A DNA stretch of 64,000 nucleotides from Ruditapes philippinarum (taxonomy: Eukaryota). The stretch lies in the NCBI RefSeq assembly GCF_026571515.1, contig NW_026864584.1, positions 1-64,000 of the forward strand. The letters run 5' to 3'. Numbering within the stretch: the first letter of the stretch is position 1; every line of letters starts with the position of its first letter. The translations under genes and the position numbers were made by a program. Shown piece after piece: positions 1-12,183 of this stretch. Below the pieces are notes generated by a model that did no database searches, was not told the origin of the DNA, and saw only the letters and a list, made by a program, of their open reading frames with translations.

Positions 1-1850
1 AGGACGCCCCCCTTTTGTTTTTAAATTTCCAAAATAATCAAAAAATTTTTAAGACAATTGCAATAATGATACGCTTGTGTCCAATTAAAAAAAATAAAAC
101 GGTCTTTTTCACATGTTTTGTGGGAATTTAAAAGGGGTCAGTTTTCATAAAAACCTTTTGTAAAATTTGGGGAAAAGGATGCAAAAATTATCATTATAAA
201 ATCATTATTATTTTAAAGTATTTTGTTAACAATTAAAATGTCCATAGTGACAATAATTTCAAAAAAATGTTTTTTGTTATCTGTTAGCTGTTAACTTCAT
301 TAAATTTTATGCTAAGATTGAATAAATTTCCTTCTGTCTTTTAAATTTTTGCAGTTCATTGCCAAGGGGGGGGGGGGGGGGGTTTTTTTAGTATATTTTT
401 GTCGGGGTTTTTGTTGAGACCCTTAAATGCACAAAAAAACTCAATTAAAAAATACAAAAGTAATTTTTTTTTTTAATTTCATATTGGGGGTTTTTAAAGG
501 TTTGGCCCATTTCCCCCTAAACCCGACATTAATTTTTTTTTTAAAAAAATCACCCCTAAAAAGCAAAACCCCAAGTATATTGGGAAAACCCTTTCTGTAT
601 TCTAGAAAGAGAACCGGTTTCTAAAATTGTTTTTTTAAATCCCGTCAGGGCTATAAACCAAAAAACCCTCCTTTTATTAAAAATTGAGACTTTTTCCCAT
701 ATTTATGGTGGCCCGATTTGGGCAAATTTTTAGCGTTGGGGTTTGTCCCAAAGCCCACAAAAACAACCCATTTTTTGGGTTTTTTGCCTTTTTTGTTTTG
801 TTTTGCTAAACCCATCGGGGCCCAAAAGGCCCCCCTTGGGCGCAATTTTTCCCGTCTTTCCCCTCCTGCCTGTCGCAAGCGAAGCACACCCAAAGACGGG
901 GTTTGGTTTTGTGCAAACGCGTTGTCGCGAATTTTCCCCCCCTTTTGCTTTGGGTTATATATATCCATTTTTAGCCAATTTTTAAATTTTGATTCCGGGG
1001 GCACAACGGGTTACATCGGGGTGTAAATTTTCTTTCTAGGTTTTTCTGAAATTTAAAATGCATATTTATCAGCCATTTTCATAATGTTAAAAAATTGAGT
1101 GATTCCCATACTTTGTTTGTTTTGTGACTGTCCTGGCAAAACCCTTTTCACATTATCCATTTTTATTATAAAATTTCCCGAAAAATTGGGAAAAAAAAAA
1201 AAATTCTTTTTTTTGTAAACTTACCCTCCAATTTTAAAAAAATTTAAAGGGGAGGTTTTTTTCTATAATTAAAACTTTTTTATTGATAAAATTATTTCAA
1301 ATCATGACCTGAATGCTAAAATTAAAAACCAAAAAACCCCCCACAATTTGGGTGGTTTTCTAAATCTCCCAAAGCCCCCAAAATCCTGGAAAATTCAATG
1401 TTTCCCAAAAAAAAAAAATTTTTCCCCCGGGTTTTTTTTTTTGTTTTTTTTAATAAAATTTAAAACAATAAAATATATGTTCTTTTAAGGGCCAAAAGTA
1501 ATTCTATAATCTGGAATAAAAGGTTTTAAAAAAACTGTATGCCCTCAGCCTGAAAAACTGCGTTTCCCCTTGCTTAAACGGAAAACCATAAACAAAAAAT
1601 TTCCCGACAGAAAGCTCAAAATAATTATAATTAAATTACAAGCAGCCCCTTGATTTTTAAAAAACAAATATAATTTTTTGGGTTTAAAACAGTTTTTAAA
1701 GGGGCAGGAAATTTTGAAAATTAATATTAAAGTAGTTTTTACCCCTTTTCAAATTAGTTTTGGAACAGGCCTACTTTTTTTGCAGTAGAATCAAAATTTT
1801 AAAAATTATTTTATTAAAATATTAAATCTGCTGTGTATACTTCTACGCCT
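1..1850. other. Low-accuracy (homopolymer-inflated) sequence; garbled paralog of ~27,990-29,700 and ~11,290-13,380
   Basis: Anchors such as aagacaattgcaataatgatacgcttgtgtccaattaa (~51, ~11300, ~28004) are retained, but the sequence between them collapses into A/T/G/C runs. The ORFs here are F/K/P/G-rich noise. Confidence 0.85.
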
Positions 1851-2313
1851 TCATTTTAAAAAAAATCTAAATCAATTAATATCATCGTTTTATTTTAAAT
1901 TGTTTTGAAATATATTATGATCATCCATTTTGTACAAAATAGGAAATATCGATTTACTCAATTATTTTATTGATATGGTAAGAAGATTTATATCTAAAGT
2001 CTGTATCTGTATAAAGCACGTCGTAATTTACCCACGCTTGCTGTGGTTATTAAATCACATTGGGCATTGCTAAATAGAAACAATGAAGATGAAGGAGAAA
2101 CATATTATTGATAATATGTTCCAATGAACATAATGATAAATTAGCCAATAATATAACCGCATGATATTTTCTTATTAGCAGTAGGCTCTTTGCAAGTAAA
2201 CTCATAAATTATTATTCTTTGTAGAGAAGCATACTGTAACAGTTGGCAATGTGATTCCATGAACATAATGATAAATCGACCAAAAATATAACCCCATAAT
2301 TCCTTCTTACTAA

Positions 2314-2670
2314 AGGGACCCCACTGAGGTTTAAAAGCCTAAAAAACATAACATTAGAATTTCTTACATAAATGAACTGGGGCGCTTTAAACAGAAATAT
2401 ATGCAAAGATAGTTAAGAAATATACCTTAAAATAAATCGAAAATCGTAGTTTTATGCTTTTTTTAGCCTAATATGAGTGAAAACGTTTAAACGCTTTTCA
2501 TTTGAAATCATTTCTTTACAATTTGAATAATAATTATGGAAAAACGAAGTGCGCGAATGATCTGAAAGTTTGCACAAAGATTCGTTATCTACACCTACAT
2601 CAAATGGTACATTTATCTGGAAAAAAATATTTTAAGTCCCATCATGTCAAAAAACCTCAGTGGAGTCCCT
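2314..2670. mobile_element. Non-autonomous DNA transposon (MITE) at a TTAA target, Kolobok-like
   Basis: 19-bp TIRs agggaccccactgaggttt / aaacctcagtggagtccct (1 mismatch), flanked by ctaa (2310-2313) and ttaa (2671-2674). Paralogous sites in unit B (~13817) and unit C (~30171) are empty and have a single ttaa. Confidence 0.85.
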
Positions 2671-5600
2671 TTAAGCAGAAATATCCGACAAACAATTATT
2701 CTTTGTATATTATGACAAATAACATGTTTTACGAATATGATTGTAAACATGTATTCTAACATCAAAATCATGATAAAACATATATAAGATATTACATGTT
2801 TTAAGGATTTGAAATATAAATTAAGCATCCAGTTCATTCATAAAACGTTCTCGACGTCAAGCATATATTGTTTCTGCCTTTTGAGTATACTTATAAATAA
2901 AGTATTTTTAGTTAAGTAATAGATAAGTGACATTCAAGCTAAACGATATATCTCACAGAGCATGTTTCACCGTTTCAATTGATCTGACTGAAGATAAATC
3001 ACAACCTTACACTTACTTCTTAAGAGCTAAAATTTACGACATCCTGGTGGAATGGTCATAAGATGTACATATTCCTGAGAGGGAAGTAACTATCAGGTTC
3101 CGCCGTCCAAAATAGTGATTTAACTGTTAAAGGTCGCCGAACAAATTTGAACAACATTACAATCGTCGCAGACTCATGTTGACTCAGCATGTTCATGAAC
3201 GGCTGCGGTGCATGCGAATGTCTGTGAACATCCCTAGCACCAGCTTAAAAACTTTTTATATAATATTTTTGATGCACCGTAAAGCAGAGTTTATTTTTTT
3301 ATTTAAGTGTTTCTGAAATGAGTTATTTCATAATTATGAAATGTAAATAATAATCGGTATGATTGAAATGAGAAAAACGGATCCCTAGAGAACGCCCAAA
3401 ACAGCAAAATTGGATATGTTACAAGCTAGGTTTGGGTGAGGCTGCTTATGGCTCTAGTGGTAATTTTAATCTTCTTTATAGCAGAATAGTCAGTTATAAA
3501 TATAGTTGAATGTTGTGTTTCAGTAATAACGGTTATTAATAAATGAAATTTACATTGAGTATTAATTTGCTATTGTGTCTACAGCTTCATTTTACTGATA
3601 TATTAACCAAGCCAATATGAAATCATCAATCAATAACATTTAATTTATATCTTTTAATTTGGCCTGAGATATTGCTATCATAATAATCAAATTGTAGAAT
3701 ATACAATGAGAATCTGTTACTTATTGCAAGAGATATGCATTTACATGTACATGTACTTGTTGTGGAAAAACGGTTGAAAAATATTCATTTGGAGGATAAT
3801 AACAACTTGCAGTTACTCTCAAACATTTCCTTTGTTACAATTTTAAAACATTTATTCCTCCATAAAATGTCATGTATTTCTTTCAATGTGATGCGGCTTA
3901 TAGACAGCATCCTTAATATGTTGGATACAATTGTTTAGTATGACAGTTAAGCTAATCCAAAATGATTATGATAGTATGCCACCCCGGTGTGAGACTATGA
4001 TTTGGCAATTATTCACGCTGGGTATATTGTTTATTTTCTCAATGATATTGTCAAGTGAATCTTTACAACACAGTGGGGTACTCATGTAATTAACTTGTCT
4101 CCTTGATGTTGCCCTAATTTCTCCGACAGCTAATTTAAGAGTAAATTGGTAATAATACATGTAAAAGTATAATGTTCTTTTATGTCCTTACTGAGTTGTA
4201 TCTTGGTTTGGAATAATGAGAGCTCTATCAAGTATTTATAAATGGGTATTGTATATTTAAGTTTTCGTGTATTAAATGATTTAGATGAAATAGAAGCAAG
4301 CAGGATCTGTTCCTACTGCTATCATGATATTTTACAATAATATACATTCAGGATTCCTTCATATAAGTATGTAGTATCATTTAAGCACTGACAATAATTT
4401 ATCTTAATATAACATTGATTGAAACCATGTTTTAATAAATGTCACAATATGAAACCCCAGAAAAAAATAACCAATGAACGAGCATCTGATTATGACATTT
4501 CTAACGATTTCCCTTTCTCCGCCGTCACAATAAGTAAACCCCAGCAAATATGAGCCAATCAATGGACATGCTCTGGAGTGAGAGTAACTGATACCTGCAC
4601 TCCAGTTAACGCACTGTGCATGTAAATGTATAAGATTTAACTCTGACAAAGGTCCCCAAACTATGATACAAATCAAATTTAGTCTTCGAAGGTCATACAA
4701 CATTTTGCCATTACACCGGTATTTATTACAAATATCCTGTTAAAATAACATCTCATCAAATACAAACAAACATATAACATTATTCAGCGTTTATTTAATA
4801 TTTCACATTATGAAATAATAACGGTTCATAATAAATGAATTGTCGAACTGAACAGTTTCATAATATTTCTTTGAATATATGTGCATCTGTTATTTCGTTC
4901 ATTTGTTTAATGGTTATCACAAGCGTGTTAATATAACGGGAGTTCCGGAAATCGTACTTTTGCAAATATTTTTAACATTCGAATACATTTTATGACGTAA
5001 AAATATTCACTGATACGGTATAACAAATGTTATAAAACACATGTTTGTTTCATTTTTTCCTAAGAAGATCAAACTTACTCTTAACTGTGACATAATGTGC
5101 TTTTACAACAAAAAACTGACTAACATGTACCTTTACTAAGATATTGTCTTACAATCGTATCAATAATATTGTTTCATAAACACCATATATTTTATACTGG
5201 TTTTAGGGTCATGTACTATTTTGTTTACAAAAACGATTTAAGCATATCATGTCAGAACATCGCAGAATGGAGTATCACTGTATATTCCTCGTATTTTTGC
5301 ATGGACTGCAATTAGAGTGTGGAATTTACAAATGCTATGCAATTTGTAATTGTATATAAACGTTTAATAATTTAAAATACAGTTAAAACATACTATCATA
5401 TATAAGTAACTATTATTGTTACGAGAATTTGTGTACCAGTTTGTGTCATCCAAAACAATAATCTATATCTATAAAGAACGAATATAAAAAATACATGTTT
5501 CATAGACGACAGTGGTAAAGGCAAATATATTATAAAATTTACGCTGTTTATCATGCTTTGTATCTTAATTTGCTTTTCTATTTGTTCATTTAAAATAAAA

Positions 5601-5853
5601 CTAACATCTGACCAGAGATGCGAATTTACAGCCATGGGTAGAATAATAACATAATAGATGAAAATAGTTCTCAATGTGAATTGTAGGAGATACTTTAATA
5701 ATAAAGATTCTGTTCGACTCTATGAGGGTACATAATGGTTCATTTTTTGATATGAACCCAATTATATCTTTAATATAATAAAACAGAAACTATCTGGGAA
5801 ATGGTTTATAATATACATGCCATGATTATCCCGAGCATCAATCTTTATATAAA

Positions 5854-8043
5854 TCAGGCAATTGTTTCATTCTTATCAGCCGGGAAAAAAGAACATACAG
5901 CACATGTGAGTTCTCTAGTGTTTTCATATGGAGGACACTTCAGTACCCCGCATGTAGCCTGGACGAAAAAGAAATATTTTTCATCTTTGGCTCCATTCCC
6001 GGCTTCCAATGCTTCTGGCTTTTCATCAACACAAACATATTCCGATGATCCAGCATGTGAGAAGTGACCAGCCATAAGATAACCACTGTACTCCAGAACA
6101 TAATCTTTATAACAGACGCTTCTTCCAGGAATCATTAATACATTATTGCGGGGGATTCTGCAAACTGCACAAGGCACGTCTTGGTAATGTAGATGTTTCC
6201 AGTATGGGTAATCGCCGGTGTGGTATTCAGCTCCGTATATTCTGTCGGCTGATTGGAAACCATCTATGTATTGACCCTATGTAGGATCTTTAGGCAAGCA
6301 CATGTAGTTTGAACCAGAACCCTTGTGGGTATAGTGACCACCAGCGGCATAACCTTCGTAAACCAGAAAGGCTCCTTTAGGACATATAGTCCTACCCCAA
6401 CGGGTATATGTTGACCCGTCAAATGATCTTTCGGCTCTGATCAATTTTTTCTTCATTTCTGTTATCATTTCTCTTGCATCTATAGTAATATAACAGAGAC
6501 ATATTCAGTATAAAGCAAACAAAAAAAAACTGTCCGCTTAGCGCTGTAGGGAGCGAAATGCCTTTATAATTCTTTGGTCGCAGGTTCGAATTTGGGGCGA
6601 ACAATTTCTCGGTTACAAATGATCATGGACTTCATGATAATTGATCTTGGACTTGAATTCAGAAATTATATGTGACTGGTAGTCGGTCACATGCGGTGAT
6701 GCTAGTAATTACAGGTTCATTATTCAGGTAAGCCGGTTAACTACCGGAATATGCTATGAACGTACATGTGTATCTGTTTTTCAGTATGTACAGTAAAACC
6801 TGTTTATAGTGACCTTCGATGGGAGAAAAGAAAAAATGTCATTATAGACAGGGAGTCACTGTAAACAGCCTCTACAGACTTTGGATATATGAAGATATTT
6901 TGCCAATATTGTGTTGAAAAGCAGGATTGTACCATACTTAGGGATTGGTTGTATTTTTTATTTATATTAAACTTATATTAAACATACAATGTATCATTTA
7001 TAAAAAAACAAGACAGTATTACAAGTGAATGTATCATTGGATAAGATTATAAACTGTACAATTACATTAGTATTTAAAAGTAACATCTTGATTAAAAATG
7101 TAATTTATTTTGTAAAAAAAGTTGTTTAAATTCAATTTTACTAATAAGATACAATATCTATAATAAAACTCTTATAGTACAATAAAAATGAATAAAGGTT
7201 AAGATTCTGTATTGATGTACAATTATCAAACATTGTTGTGAAAAAAATTGTGTTTAATTTGTTTAAAACCTTAAGGTACACATTCTGGTTTTCCAAACCG
7301 TAATATTCACCTTCTTATTTCCTTAACTTTTGTTTTTGCCTTGTCTTCCCTCATCCTTTGATTGCACTATCTTATTTCCTTGGAGCCACAATATGCCTTA
7401 GATATGCTTTAATTGTAATTTCTTAAAAACTTTAAATTTTTTGGTAACCCGATTCGAGTAACTCCTTTTGCAAAAGTCGCTTTGAACAGCTTTTATACCG
7501 TAACGGGAAACGCTAAATCATGGTCATTGTACAGACTAGAGAAGGAGTCGCTTCATTCAGACCATTTATATAAAAATACTGTTTGGCGCACTCAACTATG
7601 GTTACTAAAGACAGAACGTCGCTTTATACAGGGGGTCACTTGGACAGTCTTAACAGTAGTTAAAACTGACCTCAGGATTTTATATAATCGAGGCAGCAAC
7701 AAGTTTTGGATACTCCCTCATATCAAAGAATATACAAAAAATGTAAATCATTGTTTTCTTAGAATCTTAAGATGATATGAAATCATTCCATGAATTTATG
7801 AAAATATTTTTAAACTATTAACAAGATACAAAATGGATACTGATTACCGCTTAATTCATTTCTTAAACCATTGTTTTTCTCCTCTTGTTGTTTCATCTTC
7901 TCTTCTAGCACGATAAGTTTCTGCAAAACGTTGTATTCGTATTCAAATTTATTGTAACACGCGTGTGGCTCATCATTAGATAAACACATGGAAAAATGTA
8001 AATATCCAATAAGTAACACGATAAATATTATTTGTTCAGCCAT
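5854..8043 (-). pseudogene. Copy 1 (subfamily A): secreted coiled-coil + short-chain collagen C4 (spongin NC1-like) domain protein with an in-frame nonsense codon
   Basis: Exon 1 is 8043-7848 (MAEQIIFIVLLIGYLHFSMC...RNELS, donor G|GTAATC). Exon 2 is 6479-5854 (acceptor ctatAG|). The spliced frame has 273 codons, but the conserved Trp codon TGG is TAG at 6279-6277 (PKDPT*GQY). Confidence 0.88.
6791..7656. mobile_element. Tc1/mariner (pogo/Tigger-like) non-autonomous element in the intron of copy 1
   Basis: TA on both sides (6789-6790 and 7657-7658). Degenerate TIRs CAGTAAAACCTGTTTATAGTGACC / GGTCACTTGGACAGTCTTAACAG, with subterminal gtcact...acag repeats. Absent from the 540-bp intron of copy 2; the copy 1 intron is 1368 bp. 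Confidence 0.75.
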
Positions 8044-9325
8044 TTTTTTTTCACCAGAAAAATCCTTTTTTTTCAGAATATTACTAAAATCCCCAGAATC
8101 TGTGAACAGTTTTATCTGACTTCTTTTTTACGTTCAAGTTAAGTTATAGAATATATCATACTGCAGTAAACATGTTTTATTCAATTATATCTGCTTGCTC
8201 CCAGTTAAGATAAATGTTAGATTATCTATGATAACGTATTCTTAATGAGCATGATAGTTTACGCCCTGTACAGAGGAGGCCTTCTCGGAATGTGTAGCGT
8301 AATGTTTTTTTAAGATAAGACTAATGGAACTTTGGAAATGGTTTGAAACAGGTAAATGTAGTTTTATTTAAGACAAATTGTGCTAACGCTTCATTTTATG
8401 TCGAAAGGGTGGGTTGTGTTGTCTGATTCCCTTCTTTTCTAGTTCTTCACTGCTGATGCTTTGTGTCTATAGATAATATAAAATACATAAAATATTTGCT
8501 ACTTTTGAAGTGAGTGTCGATCGATTATTCTTTTTCTTAGAGTTGTAAAATAATTTATTTTATGTGATTGAACAGTTTATCATTATGAACTAATCATTAT
8601 TAACTGTAGCAAACGAATCTTTAACAAAATATAGTTAATCTTACATTAGCCTGACTATTGATATACATGTATTTATATGAAAATTTACCAAATTTACGAA
8701 AGCCCTCATATCCGACAAGTTGAATACAGACATTGACGTGGAACTTAAAGAATTGGTATTTATCAAGAACAAACATTATGATTTTGTTTCTTCTATTTGC
8801 TATAATGATAAATTGATAAAATCATACCTGCATTATTACTTCTTGATTATACTCAAACCAATTGTCATTTTTTTATTTATCAGGTTTATATTTTTCCGTC
8901 CTTAAACCGTACACATTCTACACTGCAGTAGTAAATTATTGTATAATGATGAGCTGAATGTCACATTAGTAAGGTCAATGACCTTTGATATTTACCAGAA
9001 TCATCATTCAATAACTGATTTATTATATGACCATATTAAAATTTTTCATTTGGTATTTTTCAAAGCTGTAGATGTCGTTTTACACACAAAAAAAACCTAA
9101 ATAAGCTGATGGAAAGCGCAAAAAGTGATAACCTATTTTTCGGCATTCGATACCATTCTAAAGCGAACAAATGTTCATAAGAAAGCAAAGCAAATCGTCG
9201 TTTCGTTTATTCGTCTTTTTAGAGAGAAAGAAAAAAGTGTGAATCTGAAATTTACCCAATTATTAATGCTTTACGTAACGTTGTTTTTGATTGATCAGCT
9301 AGAACTTTATATATATTACTTTACC

Positions 9326-9375
9326 GTTAAGACATTTACGATTGGTGTCTGTTAAGACATTTACGATTGGTGTCT
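9326..9375. repeat. Perfect 25-bp tandem duplication
   Basis: gttaagacatttacgattggtgtct occurs twice; the paralogous site near 22730 has one copy. Confidence 0.85.
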
Positions 9376-11774
9376 AATAGTATAATAAGCGCCACTTTTT
9401 ATTGCCTCATGACCAAGTTTGTTTTGAACGATAGCGCCGCGTTCAAATCATTTTCTATTGACCGTTAATCGCAACACGAGGAAATTGGAAGTCATAATAA
9501 TATTAATTAACATTAAGGTCAAATTCAATTTCTGTTGCTGTTTATCTATCATGAATTTTTAACACAGAATCAATTTATTAGACTAAATATGAATCACACC
9601 ATTACACTGATTATCTCAGCTTAAACAGCTACACTACACCCAGGAGATAATAATGCTTTCCATATAATAGTCTGATCTACGGATAAGGTGTAAATAATAA
9701 AATCCCCGAGGCTGTAGGAATTTTCTGATATTTGTACATGTTTTAATAATTAATTTAACTGTTTACATAAAAATAAATAGTTTCCATCATACTTCACTAA
9801 AAAAAATATCTGCAACGATTTGTATCGAATATACCACTTTGGTTATGTTCATTGTTCTTTTTAAATTGATAAGTAAATAAAGAAAACATCAGTGTATAAA
9901 TGAAAGGGGTGTAATTTATCAGTTTATGTATTTTCAAGAAATAAAAGTTGTCTCTCTTTGAGTTTATTTAAAAAAAATCACACATGTTCTTCCAATCGAG
10001 TGTACAATAGCATGACTTTCAGACCTCTTATGAGATACCGTGAAATAAAGCAAAGAATAAAATGATATTTCAATTTATAAGACAACTTTTGTATTGATAT
10101 TGTGGAGAGAAGAAATTATGATTAAGTCATTTAAATGAAACAGATTTTGTACGATTTTGTTTGTGCTCAGATTGTTTTATTTATTAAACAATAAACTCCA
10201 GATGTCTTAACACTAATTGGTTTTAACTGGCAAATGATTTTGTCTGTTAGCAAATGAATTGTAATTTAAAACTTAAAACATACAATATAACGATCTATTA
10301 TTGTCGTATTTCCTGGTTTCAAGTAGTTTGATTTTCTCTTCAATATGTATAGGGCCATGGCATACTACTCTATATCACTTTATATTGATTGTTTTAATAA
10401 TAGAATCCATGCCAGTTGAAAAGAATATTGAGTATATATATTCAATGGTTTGAACAAAACATAATGCAGCATGTTTTTCAAGGCTCACTTTGTTCATAAT
10501 AATAAACAACTGATATACCAATGAGAAAGTGACCCATATGTTTCTATTCCTTGTGTGCAGGATTCCTTCCTTGGAGGCTAATTTCATTCGTTATTTTGTT
10601 GGGATTCCAAAAAAAAATCCTTAATAGCTGTCAGTTGAATAATCAAATTACAAACCGAAAAATGACGGAAGTGAGTTCATCAGTTCAAGCACTATGTGTA
10701 CATTGACGGTTTCGATTTAATATTGTATCCGTCAAGTTAGATTTCATACAATGGCAGTTGTAAACATTAATAAACATTATGCAAATCATGGTAATTTACC
10801 ATAACGAGCCAATCTGTCTTCCGCACAATGGAGTCAATCTAATTGGACATGGATATCGCCTATAACAAAACAATGCTTCAAGAAGTGGTGGCAATTTTTT
10901 AATTCTATTCCGGCCACAAGTGAGTTAGCCGTCATTAGCCTAAACAATACTCCCCAAATGTGACCTAAACGTCAAACTGACATCTTTCTCGCACATAACC
11001 TCAAATGTCTCAATTTAGTTGTTTGATTAAACCTTATATGCTGTGTATTATTCGTTTGCAGTGATGTAACTATTTTTCCTCTTAATATCATAACAATAGA
11101 TGTTCAAAAAAGATTAATTCAATTTTCTTTGTAGTTTGCAATAATTCATATTAGATTATTTCTATCAGTACAGAGTGCTTTTCTTAGAGTTTCTGAACAT
11201 ACTTGACCTCCATTGCTGATTATTTAAGATAAAAAAAATTTGAATACAAAAAGAGACCATTTCAGTTTCACTTTACGAGTTATCAGAATGTATGACTTGA
11301 AGACAATTGCAATAATGATACGCTTGTGTCCAATTAACAAAATAATAATGGTCTTTTAACACATATTCCTGTAATTTAAGGCAGTCAGTATATTTGAGAT
11401 TGGATAACATAATTATCATGATTATAGATCTATTATCATTATAATGTATAAGTTAACAATTATGATGTTCATAGTGACAATAATTACAAATATGTTATAT
11501 GTTATCTGTTAGCTGTTACATTCATTACTTTTATGTTAAGATGGAATAATTTTAATTCTGTCTTTTAAATTTTGTGCATTTCATTGCCTTGTGTTGTTAG
11601 TATATTTGTGACATTTATTCTTTTTGAACAAAATCTTCATAAGAAGCAAACAGGAAGTATATGAAACTTTTCCTGTATTTAGATGACAACCGTTCCAATA
11701 TTGTATTTGAAAACCGTCATATATTCTATATTAAAACCGTCCTGATATTTATATTGAAACCGTTCCCATATTTA

Positions 11775-12183
11775 TGGTGACTGATTTGGTACACTTTGCG
11801 CGTTGCGTTGTCGATAGCGACAACACAACCGATATCGTTACCGCATTTTCGTCTTGTCGCTAGCGAAACGGGCCAAAACGGCGCTTTATAGCACTGTCGT
11901 CTTGTCATCATGTCGCTAGCGAAGCTGACCAAACGACGCGTTGTCGTACAGCGCGTTGTCGCGATGTCGCCCTGTCGCTTGGCTTTAATATATATCCAAA
12001 TAGCCAAATCTTTCGATTTGATCCGAGCGACAATGTGACATCGCGACAACACAACGCATGGCAACGTGCCGTTTGGCATGTATCGTTAGCGACAGGACGA
12101 CAAGACGACAGTGCCGTTTGGCGCTTTGTTGTGCTGTCGACAGCGACAACGCGACACACAAAAGTGTTCCAAATCAGCCACCA
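11775..12183. mobile_element. Palindromic MITE (TGGTG...CACCA ends, TA target) with internal tgtcg/cgaca repeats
   Basis: ta|tggtgactgatttggtacacttt ... aaagtgttccaaatcagccacca|ta. The arms are long inverted repeats. Orthologous insertions lie at ~705-1015 (garbled) and 28492-28573 (internally deleted). Confidence 0.85.

Larger units (their letters stand above)
1..9770. repeat. Segmental duplication unit A (starts before the window; carries gene copy 1)
   Basis: Colinear anchors shared with units B and C: aaatcacattg..cattgctaaatagaaa at ~2051/13564/29921 and gccaccccggtg at ~3978/15007/31773. Gene stop codons lie at 5854/20014/36007. Boundaries are approximate. Confidence 0.85.

Noticed and set aside
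427-1026. Four overlapping ORFs of 65-117 aa
   Set aside because: F/K/P/G-biased translations of homopolymer-garbled repeat sequence; the clean paralogs are non-coding MITE and flank.
5801-6067. Plus-strand ORF recurring at 19961-20227 and 35975-36244
   Set aside because: Antisense shadow of exon 2; conserved only because the sense gene is.
6277-6279. Selenocysteine or programmed recoding of the premature stops
   Set aside because: The codons are TAG and TAA (47588), replacing Trp and Leu, not TGA at Cys positions.
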